64,000 nucleotides of DNA from the NCBI GenBank assembly GCA_030704615.1, contig CM060731.1, positions 85,994,001-86,058,000 on the forward strand. The letters run 5' to 3'. Origin of the DNA: Takakia lepidozioides (lineage: Eukaryota; Plantae; Bryophyta). Both the position numbers and the translations under genes were made by a program. The notes beneath the pieces were generated by a model. The model was not told where the DNA came from, made no database searches, and saw nothing but the letters and a program-made list of their open reading frames with translations. Positions 1-12,908 of the stretch are shown here, piece after piece; positions within the stretch are counted from its first letter, which is position 1; each line of letters starts with the position of its first letter.

Positions 1-419
1 GCAATGAGCAATGACAAAATTCATGACAGGAAGATGCATGACCAAATCTTTTGACGAATGCACCTCGTATATGAAATGAGTGTGGAACGTTTGTGGGGTG
101 GATTAAAGAGTACAGAGGATGAATGTACAATGGATGTTGTACAAAGGAAAAAATTCATGAATGGAGCACGCATGAATACAGTGTAGATGAATGCACAATG
201 GATATGAGAAGAGTCAGGGAGGTTTGTGAGATGGATTCATACATATTGCAATTTAAACGAAAGGTGATTCTGTGATTATTATTTGTTCTAAAGGAACAAC
301 TACGGTGGAGGAAGGGGATTCAACGTTTTCCAGATAATATGAAAATAAATATTAAAAAAATACAGTTCAGTCTGACTCAGAGTCAGTACAATGTATCCCC
401 GCTTCCTCTGCATCTAAGT

Positions 420-3400
420 CTAAGTATTTTAGAACACCGGATCCACGCTGGATACACCTACGGCTGGCCACTAAAAAGTCAGGGGATAGGGACTCGGCCG
501 CGTGAAGTGTCATTGCCTCGGCATAAACAGGAAGAAGAAAATTGGAAAGGGGGCTGTCGAAAACAGACTCGCCATAAATGACTGTATCTCCTGAAGATCC
601 ACCGCTGCCTTTCCTGAAAGACAGCCTGAAAAAGTTATTACTGTAACTTTGATGTTATCGAGAAATTGAGTATGACTCCCAAAGAGGGTTTAGCACTTAC
701 TCACATGAAAAGTCGTTGTCGACCTGCTTATCTTCGGGATCGTCATCATTTCGAATTTGAATCCGATCAGTCTGTGTGCCTGAAGTGGAGCCAGACAAAA
801 GGGGGAGGAGCACTGTGTTGTAGAGGTCAGAATCACCCTCCATGCCAAAAAGGCTTCTTCCGCCTGCCTTGCATGTGTGGTAAGTTGCTCCTGCACCAGA
901 CATGAGAACATGAATAGTTTGGAGGGGGGGATTTAAGCAGATGAAACTGTTGAAAGGAAACCAATTCGGAAGGGAAAAAACGAACCTGTGGACACAGAAA
1001 GATCGACCACCCGTGCAGAGCGGTGGCTGCATGACTCTAGCAGTATTTGCATGAACGCTGGTGACTTTTCCTTTGCACCTCTCCAGGGAGTGCCATCTGG
1101 TCTCTTCAGAGTCTGACTGGATTGCATGAAGTTGTACAAAATGTCATCGACATGGGGCTCATAAGGGGGGTTGACGAAACAACCCTGGTCAGAAATCTCA
1201 AAGCTGCGAATGGAGGATGGTGTCTTTGAGGTGCGAATCCTCCGCAGGCAGATTGCCTCGAACATCCTCGTCTGGCAAAGATAGCAGGTTAGTGTGGTAA
1301 ACACAATCTATAGTGGAAGTGTGTATATCGGCTATTCAGAACTCTGACACAAAAAAATCATGAATCGGTGATGATCGGTGTCGATCATAACACATTCTAC
1401 TAGAGTGGAGCTGCAGAGAAAATTGAAACTCATGATCAAAGCACAAGCAGAAGGGAGACGGCATACCAGCTGACCAGGGAAACCCCCTTTCACAAGGTAG
1501 AGGCTGTTCACACAATTCCATGTGCGCAAAACTTCAAACCCTGAAGACTTGAGGTATGATGCCAATGCCCGACGACTATCATTGTCACATGACTGAAAAA
1601 GCAGAAGTGTCCCTGCATCAGAGAGGAAGTTGTTGCAGAACCCGAACACCCAATTCCAGTAGTTGTCCTCGAATTTGTTCCAGCCTGGCGTCTTGCCCTT
1701 TGGAAGAACTTCTGGCACAGCCTGGCCATCTGGGATGTCGAGAATGACAATGTCGGCCGCATAAGTTTTCTGCACACCGCACACGAAGGTGGGACCTGTG
1801 CTCACCTGCAACAGACATGTTTTTTATAAGAACGATGGCAAGATTGTTTTCAAAGAACGAGACTGAAATACTGCCAACGAAACTTTCAGAGAAAAAGAAA
1901 AGAAACTGGAATTCTCACCAGATTGAGGAATGAGATTATATTGTCCCAGGTAGGGGATGGCACCCCAGTGTATCCTCTCTTTCGACTCTGCATCATCGAA
2001 AGCCAACCCTCATTAACAATTTTCATCTCTCCTGCGGAATCAGAACGGGAAGGGTGTGGCTTAGCATCGAACACGCACTGAAGAGTGCGGGTATATCTTC
2101 CAGCAGTAAAGTCCTGCCCACTCTCCATCTCCTTTTCATTCTCCTTCCCCTTGTCATTTTCCTTCTCTTTGGACTTGTCTTTGTCCTTTGGCTTTGCTGG
2201 TGAGATGGCTATGACATCAACAGCCTTGTCTTTTGGTTTGCGGCCCGCCTTCTTTCCCTTCTGCGGCGTTCCCTGAGCATCAGGCTCCTTGGCAGCCAAC
2301 GTTGCTATGTTTCGTTGATACTCTTCGTCAGTCAAAGGCGCCAGCATCTCAGCGTTATTGTTCAAGTATTTCATATGCTGTTCTTGAAAGGTCGTGTGCT
2401 CAGGTGGGCAGTCAAGGTACCAGCCACAGTCTCTGAAGTGAGAAGGACTCCAGTCCTTCAATATCCCTGCAGTATACATGGTTGGATCGTTTGCAGGGTC
2501 CGACCACATGTCAAGATAGTCGGGAATTCCGCTCAGGTGATTTCCTTCCATAAGCACATATTTCGTGTACCTGAAAAAAGGAGATAACTCCCAACCCACA
2601 AAAGCGCTCAGTGAGTAAGATGCAAGTAGAACAGAATGAAAAAAACATAGATTGAAATGGCTCTGAGAACTGCTCCAAGGACCTTTCAGGACCACACTAC
2701 TGCTCCAGATATGAATGTCGTCAACGCCATTCAGAACATTCCATTCAATGATAATGTAAATACACCCCAATCCAGGTGAATGCAAATTATCGTTTAGGAA
2801 TGACACATACATAGAAGTGAATGTCGTCAACGACATTCACTAATGAAGCCAAATTAATACTTAAATGAAGCAAAATCACAGGATGGAAATCAAAAAATCG
2901 AGTAAGGAACCCACCAGGAAAACTCAATGCACATTCATAACGAACATATCACTGAGGACCTCACAACATCACTGTATGTGAATGACGTCAACGCCATTCA
3001 CAAAAATACCAAAAAGAAACCAATTACTTAGCTCCCAATCCATGTAAATTCAATTTGTCGCTGTTGAATAATACAAACACAGCAGTGAATGTCGTCAACG
3101 ACATTCACTTTGGATTTCTCATAACAGAGCTTATCAAGCCTCCAGATTCCTCGCAAGAGGCAAAAACAATGCAGAACAACTGAATGTCTGCATTGACATT
3201 CAGCAAAATGAAGTGAGGAACCCTCACTGTAACCTCTATGGACATTACAAAAATTTACATAACTCTGAGGACCTCTCAACAACTCTGTAGGTGAATGTCG
3301 TCAACGCCATTCAAGGACATTATCAATTCTAATCAGGGACAATATAATTGCACCCTTAGATCCTAACCAGGTGAATTCATATACTCGCTTAAGAATGACT

Positions 3401-5264
3401 CAGACAAAGAAGTGAATGTCGTCAACGACATACAATCTGGATCTAAGATTGCAATCCATATGAAGCCACATTTTTTCCCAAAAAAAACAGTAGAGTTTCA
3501 AGTATGACATTGCACCTGTACACAACTCGCATCATGGCCCACTCTCCTCCAACCTGACTGTCAAAGTCGTTGGACCGTAAAATGTTACCATCTTTGGAGA
3601 ACTCCCGGAAAAAACAGTATCTCCAGGTGAGACCTCTCCACTTCCTTATGTATGCCTCCAATGACATTTGGGGAGGGGAAACAATCGAAATATTCAGGTC
3701 CTTCAAAGTTTGATCCAGCACAATGACGGCGCGCTTTTCGAGCTGCAAATAGTATATTTGTCAGAATTGCAAAAGAGATAGTCATCACATACTTGAAGAG
3801 AAGAAAACAGCATGTTCGAATACACACCTGACTCCAAAATGTAGCCTTGTGGAGCCAGTTATCAAACACCAAATCACTGATTCCTCCACCTTTGTGCCAG
3901 GCTGTATGGTGCTCTTTGGGAACTGATTCAAGTCCTTTACTGTTTGATCTGAGTTCCATATCTCCAGCCACCTTATTTTTGTTTGTGGGTCGACCATCGA
4001 TATGGCCAGCCGGTGTAATTTCTCCTGCTGCATCTCCGGATGCACATACTTGTCATAGTGTGTTTTGATCTGCTGAAGGAACTCAGGACCAAGTCCAGGA
4101 TCTACTATTCTAAGCTGCTTTCCGAAGGCTGACATCAATTTGGTTCTTCGCATTTCAAACTCCTTCTTTATTGCAGCTTCCACGCCCTTTGATGTCCTTA
4201 GTTCTTCTGGTGTAGTGCGGTAATATTCGGATTTTCCCTTCTCAGCTGCCTCTGCCAGTTCTTGCTGCATTCATTCAAGTAGTGATTAGCTCCGAAGGGA
4301 CTACAAACATATATTCGAAAAGTAAACAGAGTACAGACTCGGGCTTACCGCATACATGTACTCCAGAAACGCCTCTCGTGTCAAAGAATACCAAGTGCCT
4401 ACAGCTCTTCCTGTTTCGCACTTCTTGATGATATTGGGTGGTAGTACTGTCCGAAAATCATCCAGCTTCATCAGACCAATCCTCTGAATTCGGAATAGTG
4501 TGTGAACCAAGCTTGTTGTCACATGCGATTTCTCTGTCAATCTGCAAAAACATTGGAAACATTGCATTCCTTAACACTGTTTTTTGAGAATTAATAAGAC
4601 ACTACAGAGGGAATGAAATCTCCTGGATGACTTACTTGTTCACGTCGTGCATAGCTGTAAGAAGCCTAGCGATGTCGTTTCCAGGATCCAAAACCATTGC
4701 CTCCACAGCAACATGCTTGTCTTTGTCTTTCGAATGGTGTTTCTGAATGTATCCCATCCATGCCAGCAATCGGTGGTTGCCGTCCCAGACATAGAACATG
4801 TGGTTGCAGAATTGCTGGGTGTTCTTTCCCATCATGAGGCCCAGCTCGAACTCCTCATTGGCATCTTTCCAGCACTCATCCCAGTTATCACTGATCTCTG
4901 GAGACACTAATGTGCTTTTCCCATTTATATCCGTCAGTGACACATAAAAAACTTGTGCACCAAGTCTATATCCATGCACAAAATCACTCTCCAATTTTGT
5001 TATGTCATGGGAAAGAGGTGGACGCACAACAGGCATTGATATCATCCGGCACAGAGGTATGTCCAGACGCCCTCCAGATACGAGCATGTCCCTTATAACC
5101 TCCTGAGAGTTTACCTTCTGGAATGACATGAGTTCTTTCACCTTGTCAAGGTAGTGCACTTCGGATTCATCTGCTTCATCTGTATTCTCTGAGCTTTTTG
5201 CGGACTCGTCCCCATCTCCAGATCCTTTCCCCTCTGATCCTGTAGGCTTCGACCTCACAGTTTT
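420..5264 (-). pseudogene. Spliced ParB/Srx-like + beta-class N6A/N4C DNA methyltransferase-like gene, copy A (exon 2 onward)
   Basis: Exon 4636-5264 has RPPLSHDITKLESDFVHGY and FYVWDGNHRLLAW (ParB/Srx DGxHR). Exon ~1467-1806 has DIVILDIPDG (motif IV position). Exon ~985-1271 has PWRGAKEKSPAFMQILLESCS..RVVDLSVSTG, and the next exon has ATYHTCKAGGRSLFGMEGD (motif X-I-II order of the N6_N4_Mtase family). GT-AG introns. One frameshift near 3880. The 3' end is approximate. Confidence 0.8.
2711..3435. repeat. Intronic array of 24-bp palindromes GTGAATGTCGT-CA-ACGACATTCAC (copy A)
   Basis: Copies at 2711, 2817 (perfect), 2978, 3085 (perfect), 3180, 3291 and 3412, spaced 95-161 bp apart with partly homologous spacers. 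Confidence 0.9.
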
Positions 5265-5306
5265 CTGCACGATGCCATTCAGTTCTGACTGAGTGATTTG
5301 CAAATA

Positions 5307-5598
5307 GTGAATGGCGGTAACGACCATCACTCTGTCTCAAAGAAACTCACCATGAATGGTGTGAAAGAATTCAGCACAATCTACACAAGCAAAGCTGATA
5401 CTGCCGTATTCAAAACAAAAGCGAGAGCGATAGCGAACGGCGTTAACGACGGCGTTGTGTAATGACATACATGTGCAACTGATTGGCGGCAACGACAATC
5501 AGTGTAGTTTAGGGCGGATAGTAAGTGCAGACTCTCTCTTCAAACACATAGGTACATAAATCTCATGAGGAGAATCGAATGGCGTTAACGACGCTCGC
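5307..5598. repeat. Degenerate copies of the copy-A palindrome in intron 1
   Basis: GTGAATGGCGGTAACGACCATCAC (5307), ~5433, CTGATTGGCGGCAACGACAATCAG (5479), ~5575. Confidence 0.75.
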
Positions 5599-5656
5599 AA
5601 TTCAGTAGTTCCTGCTAAAGAAGGGAAGAGGAAGGACTCCTTGAAAGGCAATCAGA

Positions 5657-7630
5657 CGGGATGGAGGCTTTGGAGATCTAGGAGCAAATGTTGCGCGAAG
5701 GGGCGAAGCCCAACCACATCACATTTGTTTGTGTTTGCAATGCGTGTGCAAGCCTGGGAGCTCTGGAAAAGGGGAAAGAGGTCCGTGGTGACATCGTCAA
5801 AGCTGGAATTGTACCAGATGTCATTCTGAACACTGCCCTGGCGGACAGGTATGCCAAATGTGGGTGCATTGTCAGACCTGCAATTGTACAAAATGTCATT
5901 CAGAACAATACCCTTGTGTACATGTACGAAGGGAGTATTCGACAGTATGGATGAACGAGATGTTGTGTCATGGAGTGCGATGATTGCAGGATATGCACAG
6001 CAAGGGTGCGCGATGGAGGCTTTGGAGATCTAGGAGCAAATGTTGCGCGAAGGGGTGAAGCCCAACCACATCACATTTGTTTGTGTTTGCAATGTGTGTG
6101 CAAGCCTGGGAGCTCTGGAAAAGAGGTTCGTGGTGACATCGTCAAAGCTGGAATTGTACCAGATGTCATTCTGAACACTGCCCTGGCGGACAGGTATGCC
6201 AAATGTGGGTGCATTGTCAGACCTGCAATTGTACAAAATGTCATTCAGAACGATACCCTTGTGTACATGTATGAAGGGAGTGTTCGACAGTATGGCTGAA
6301 CGAGATGTTGTGTCGTGGAGTGCGATGATTGCAGGATATGCATAGCAAGGGTGCGGGATGGAGGCTTTGGAGATCTAGGAGCAAATGTTGCGCGAAGGGG
6401 TGAAGCCCAACCACATCACATTTGTTTGTGTTTGCAATGCGTGTGCAAGCCTGGGAGCTCTAAAAAAGGGGGAAGAGGTTCGTGGTGACATTGTCAAAGT
6501 TGGAATTGTACCTGATGTCATCCTGATCACTGCCCTGGTGGACATGTATGCCACATGTGGGTGCATTAAGGATGCGAAGGGAGTTAATTTCAACACCAAG
6601 GCTGAACGAGATGTGGTGTCGTGGAACACGATGCTTGCAGGGGCATGGGATGGAGGCTTTGGAGACCTATGAGCAAATGATGGGGGAAGGGGTGAAGCCA
6701 CATCATGTTTGTGCGCGTTTGCAGTTCGTGTGCAAGCCTGGCAGCCCTGGAAAAGAGCAAAGAGGTGCATGGTTGCATCGCCAAAGCTGCTGGAATTGTA
6801 CCAGATGTGATTCTGAACAATACCCTCGTGGACATGTATGCCAAATGTGGGTGCATCAAGGATGCGGATGAAGTGTTCAACAGTATGGCTGAATGAGATT
6901 TGGTGTCATGGAATGCCATGCTAGCAGGATATGCACAGCAGGGGCGCGGGATGGAGGCCTTGGAGACCTATGAGCAAATGATGGGTAAGGGGTGAAGTCC
7001 GACCAGATCACGTTTGTGTGCGTTTGCAATGCTTGTGCAAGCCTGGCAACCCTGGAAAATGGCAAAGGATGCATGGTGACATCATCAAAGCTGGAATTGT
7101 ACCAAATGTCATTATGGACACTGCCCTGGTTGACATGTATGCGAAATGTGGGTGTATTGAGGATGCAAAGGGAGTATTTGACAATGTGGCTGAATGAAAT
7201 GTGGTGTCGTGGAATCCGATGATCGCAGGATATGCCCAGCATGGTTGTCATACGGAGGTCCTGCAACTATTTGAAGGAATGCAAAAGAATGGCTTGAAGC
7301 TGGACAGTATCATCTTTATATGTGTTCTCTCTGCATGCAGCCACATTGGCCTACTGAATGAAGGAAGATGCTACTTCGATTCCCTGAGTCAACATCATGG
7401 TGTCACCCTGCCAGTAAATCACTTTGGCTGCATGGTGGACCTTCTAGACGTGCGGGACAACTACATGAGGCAAGGTACGTGATTAATAAAATGCAAATCA
7501 ATTTAGATGTTGTGGTGTGGAAGGCCTTGCTTGGTGCCTGCAGAATCCATGGCAATGTGGAGATGGCTGAATGTGTGGCAACATCTATCCTCAAGTGGGA
7601 TGAACAGGATGCCGTGACTTATGTGTTGCT
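5657..7630 (+). pseudogene. PLS-class PPR pseudogene, 3' part with E domain; starts with ~2.5 units of the 352-bp repeat
   Basis: PNHITFVCVCNACASLGALEKGKEV, NTALVDMYAKCG, ICVLSACSHIGLLNEG, HFGCMVDLL, VVWKALLGACRIHGNVEMAE. Many frameshifts and stops. The DYW region is missing. Confidence 0.9.
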
Positions 7631-7814
7631 ATAATTCTGGGTTTGGGTGGTGGAGCTTCTCCAAAGCTTGAAGATGGAAGTGAATACAAATTTTAATGAG
7701 CTTGATGAGAGGGGCAGTCCTTTGCACAAGTTTGTTCAGCATCTTAAATTTGGACATGTTTGTTTGTTTCTCGTGGTGTGGCTTTGGATGGAGCCCTTGA
7801 TGAACTTGCATGAA

Positions 7815-9741
7815 GCCTGTGCCTACAATGAGGTGCCATAGCCAATAGCTGTCCAATGGTAATCTCAGCTTTGGTCTGGCATATTACTTCAGTCAGAGTC
7901 CCTTCATTACCCTGCACTTGTGAAGCTTCTTTCTTCACTTCATCTTCACCATCTTCATCTTCTCTATCAGAGTCCGAAGAATCTGCCATAGGGATATCAA
8001 TATTCTTCTGCATTTCCCTTATGGTATCAGCCACTTCCCTGTGCAGTTCTTTCTCATCTCTCCAAGCCTCATCATCTTCAGGCACATCACTGCCATCTTC
8101 ATTATCATCTTCTTCCTCATCCACTAGAGGTATTAATTTAGCTTTGCTTCTGGTCACTATCATTGTACTTACTTCTGGTACAAAACATGGCCTAACCATG
8201 TGAGCTGCCACCACTGGGCCCTCATTCACAGGAGCTCTCATCTCATTTTGGTGTCTGATCCAGAATGGACAGGCTGCTTTGCGATGTCCTGCCTGATTAC
8301 AATAGTAACACAGTTCTTCACCATTGGGTCCTCGCCCTTGGTCTGCTCTAGAATTATTTCTATAATCCTGATTACGTGGCTGGTAATTCCCCCTTGGATT
8401 ACCCTGGTAGTTGCCTTGGTAATTCCCTCTTGGATTACATCTCCCTGCCATACCATTGTTATAACTACCAGACCTACCATAGTGGTCTTGATCATTATTT
8501 CTTCTTGGCTAGGGCTGCACTTAATGCACCCTTACTTGCTTAGATTCCCTTGCAGCTGTCCTTCTGTTGTAATAACAATTCTTAGTAGAATGGTTATCCA
8601 TTTTACAGATAGTACAGTGTTTCTCCTTCATGTGGCACTCAGCTGTGGTATGGCCTTCATTCTGACATTTTGCACACCATACCCCATTTCTCCAATGTGT
8701 TGCAGCCTCTGTGGCATACTTTTTCAATATTTCCTCCAGCCTCTTTTCGTAGTTATCCCTCTTCAACTTCTCCTTCTTCTTACTTTTCCTCTTGAGCTCT
8801 TTCTCTTCTTCTTCATCTGACTCATCTTCAGAGTCCTCTTCATCCCTTTTATCTCTCCTGAGCATTCCCAATTGCTCAATTCTGTTGGCTGTTTCAAATG
8901 CCTCTTCCACTGTATTATGGGGTAGCATATCCACTTTCTTTTGTAATTCAGGTCTTAATCCACTCACAAACCAGGTCTTTTGTAACCCTGGTGCTGGCAC
9001 AGCAGCCAACTTTTTCATCATCAACTCCATCTTTTCCATGTACTCTTCAACAATTGCATGCTTCTTTTGCTTTAACTGTTGTAAACTCCCATACACTTCA
9101 TCCTCAGTTTTGCTTGTCCTAAACCTGTTTCGGAATGGTGTACTAAGGCCATTCCAGGTTAGGAAATGATTATCAGGAAATCTTGCATACCATTCACTTG
9201 CTTTCTTGATAAGTGAACAAGGAAATAGTCCCATCTTGGCATCATCGCCATTCTCATTGTTCACAATACACATGTGCTCAAATTGGCTGATGTGTACATC
9301 AGGATCCCCTTTTCCTGCATATATTGGAAAAGGTGGTTTTGCCCGTGTTGGAGGTACCGCCATCTGTGGCCCTACACCCTGCCCACTGACAGGTGCTGGT
9401 CCTCTTGTTGGTGCTGGTCCTTGAGGACCTACTGTTGTGTTGGTGGCACTCCCACCAGGTGTTGGCCCCTGAGCACTCCCTGCTACTGGCCCCACTGTAT
9501 TCTCAGTATCCCCAGCTCCAGTTGCACTACTTCCCACACTCCCTGTCCCCCCAGAGCCAGATCCAAGCTGCCCGCCTGATCCCCTTGAGCCGACACCTTC
9601 GTTGGCCTGTGATCCAAGTGCTCCACTTGATCTAGGTCCAACAGGTTGGGATGTCCTGGTTGTAGTCTCAACCTCAACTGTTGGGTCTACTTCTTCATAC
9701 TCTTCATCTTCCAAATTCTTCTCTCTGTTTTCATCTTCCAA
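7815..9741 (-). mobile_element. Ty3/gypsy-type gag, truncated before the protease
   Basis: ORF 8521-9741 has a Retrotrans_gag-like core (YAGKGDPDVHISQFE, ASEWY, TWNGL..FRNRF, LQQLKQ, FVSGLRPELQ). CCHC knuckles CAKCQNEGHTTAEC, CTICKMDNHSTKNC and CYYCNQAGHRKAAC. VTRSK motif. Confidence 0.85.
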
Positions 9742-10975
9742 GTTCTTCTCTTGGTTTTCCTCTTTCTATGATTGTGTGCTTAGAATGTATGGTGGACAAC
9801 GATGTATGTTGTGGTATGATGCTTAGGTGCACAACACCCCTCATGTAACTCAACTGGAGTGGTGTTAGAGTGTCTGAACTCTTTGTTGGCTCTGCCACAT
9901 CCTCCTCTCCTTCTTTGTCTTGTGATTCAGAAACTGGAGTTCCTGCTTTTGGTGTCCCATGCCAACTCTGATCAAAGATTTCTGTCAAATCTTTAATCCA
10001 GGGATGTACCTCAGATCTCTCCCCCTCATGGCTGATCTTCCACCTGTACCAAATCCCTTAATCTTTCTTGTAAAGAATAAGAAGGAGTGGCATCCAACTC
10101 TGGTTCTTCCGGTATGGGTGATGTACTCTCCGGTCTTAATGGTGTGAGAGGTCCAGATGATTCCCCTATGTCTATTCCTCTCTCCCAAAGATAGGGATAA
10201 TTAGCTTTCAAATAACTTTCTCTCTTCGCTGAATCACTGTGGAGTCTAGCTTCTCTTTCATCACTCATGTCCCATGTCTTTCATATCTTTAATGAGGCAA
10301 TAACCAAAACTCTCTTCTGTAGTACCTCTCGTATATGCCTGGGTTTCTTTCAAGCTTCAATGCACCCTTGGCTATACTAGAAGTCTTCGTTACTATATAG
10401 CCATATGGCAAACATGTCTGAAAAGCTGTAAGTTTGATCCACAGGATATCCTTAGGAATCCAATTCTTTACCAGTACCAATTCTTCATGCATATGAGTAT
10501 AAACATTCACTTTCCGTTCCTCCCAGCCTTCAAACTCCACTCGTTTAATGGATAGCTACGCTATCACATAAACCAGTGTTAGTAACCAACTTGCTCTCCC
10601 TCTACAGGCCACTTGATAAATCTTTATCACTCCTTTCTCCAGACCCCACTCAGGATCAGCATCATGCACTCTCTTAAGAATGTTTTCTTTGCAACCGTCT
10701 GGCAATTCCAGGAATCTCTGAAAGAATTGCTTGGACAATCTTTCTTTCTCAGTTCCACAGGGAATTTGATTCATATCAAATTCCTTAATTCTCCAACCAC
10801 CATGATCCCACCAGATGCCTGTCACATCTGGTTGTTCTTGACCCAGTTCCCCAGTATGGTCGCCAAATGTTGAGCGGCTTTTACTCACCCATCCCTTTGC
10901 TATCCGAGGTGGGAACTCCAAGATAGAAGAGTTGGATATCTCTAAGCACTCAGCCCGCTCAGAACAATCAGTCAT
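9731..10975 (-). pseudogene. Degraded extra ORF(s) upstream of gag, unknown function
   Basis: Co-oriented ORF pieces 10556-10975, 10289-10540, 10026-10268 and 9731-9988. A less broken homologue lies at 12053-12912 (+). Confidence 0.5.
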
Positions 10976-12908
10976 GTCCTACAGCTTGTGTATCATGGAA
11001 GTGCTTCATGTTTGTATTCCTTCTTGCCTTCATGTCAGCAAATTACTTTACTGTTTATATTTAAGCATCAGATTGCTTCAGCAATCTATCAGGTTCCAAT
11101 CACTCATCCATTCATTCCACAACTTCACTCCGGTCTCTCTACACAGTGTGAGTGTATCGAATATGTATCAGATTAAGTTCTATCAAGTATCAGGCCGAAG
11201 CCATGGTGTCCCAAGTCTGCTCTACAGTATATCTCTACAGCTTGCATGGATCAAGCACCAACAGATCGTGTCTCCTCCTCCACTGCGCTCTTCCTTCCTC
11301 AGCTCCAAATCATTCTCTCTCCCTCAAGGCCAAGTCCTGATGCCACAAGTGTCCTCTCCGAAGTGTCCCCTCCATGTTGCTGCTCTGCCTAATCTATCTG
11401 CAAGCTATTCTAACCGCCTAACTAACTAACTGTCACCCAAGAAATAAGCACGGATGTTGTTCCCACACAGTCGTTCCCTGCCAATGATAATCGTTCCCTA
11501 TGTATGCTGTGACGGGCTGTGCCAAGCTGTGACTGTGCCGAACTGTGACTGGCTGTGTCGGACTGTGACTGGCTGTGTAAAGCTGTATCGGCCTGTGACT
11601 GGTTGTGATAGACTGTGATAGGCTGTGTAAGGCTGTGTCCGGCTGTGACAAGCTGTGTCCGGTTGTGATAGACTGTGATAGGCTGTGTACGACTGTGACT
11701 AAGTGTGTAAGCCTGCCTGACACCCCTAAGGCCTCTGTTGGTCTAAGTCTACCATCCGGTAAGTCTGCACAAAAATTAAGGGTACCCCACAGAACTCGTA
11801 AAACTGTCTAAGTCCCAGACAACCCTCTAACAATAACTTACTAACATGAAGGCAAGAAGGAATACAAACATGAAGCACTTCCATGATACACTAGCTGTAG
11901 GTCATGACTGATTGTTTTGAGCGGGCTGAGTGCTTAGAGATATCCAACTCTTCTATCTTGGAGTTCCCGCCTCGGATAGCGAAGGGATGGGTGAGTAAAG
12001 CCGCTCGACATTTGGCAACCATACTGGGGAACTGAGTCGAGAACAACCAGATGTGATAGGCATCTGGTGGGATCATGGTGGATGGAGAATCAAAGAATTT
12101 GATGTGAATCAAATTCCCTGTGGAACTGAGAAAGAAAGATTGTCCAAACAATTCTTTCAGAGGTTCTTGGAATTGCCAGACAGATGCAAAGAAAACATTC
12201 TTAAGAGAGTGCATGATGTTGATCCTAAGTGGGGTCTGGAGAAAGGAGTGGTAAAGATTTATCAAGTGGCCTGTAGAGGAAGAGCAAGTTGGTTATCAAC
12301 ACTGGTTTATGTGATAGCATTGTTATCCATTAAACGAGTGAAGTTTGAAGGCTGGGAGGAACGGAAAGTGAATGTTTACACTCATATGCATGAAGAACTT
12401 GTACTGGTAAAGAATTGGATTCCTAAGGATATCCTATGGATCAAACTTACACCAAGAACAGCTTTCCAGACATGCTTGCCATATGGTTATATGGTAACGG
12501 AGACTTCTAGTATAGCCAAGGGTGCATTAAAGCTTGAAAGAAATCCCGACATATACGAGAGATACTACAGAAGAGAGTTTTGGTTATTGCCTCATTAAAG
12601 ATATGAAAGACATGGGACATGAGTGATGAAAGAGAAGCTAGACTCCATAGATATTCAGGGAAAAGGGAAAGTTATTTGAAAGCTAATTATCCATATCTTT
12701 GGGAGAGAGGAATAGACATAGGGGAATCATCTGGACCTCTCACACCATTAAGACCAGAGAGTACATCACCCATACCAGAGGAACCAGAGTTGGATGCCAC
12801 TCCTTCTTATTCTTTACAAGAAATATTAAGGGATTTGGTACAGGAAGAAGATCAGCCACGAGGGGAGAGATCTGAGGTACATCCCCGGATTAAAGATTTG
12901 ACAAAAAT
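9979..12908. repeat. Long inverted duplication: arms ~9979-11035 and ~11836-12908, spacer ~0.8 kb
   Basis: Near-identical peptides on opposite strands (GIWWDHGGWRIKEFD...; MSDEREARLH...). Confidence 0.9.
11505..11705. repeat. 10-bp minisatellite (GGCTGTGACT-like)
   Basis: About 20 degenerate tandem 10-mers containing CTGTG. Confidence 0.85.

Noticed and set aside
2711-3435. CRISPR-like array of palindromic repeats
   Set aside because: Spacers are 70-140 bp, irregular and partly homologous to each other. The array lies in a spliceosomal intron and there are no cas genes.
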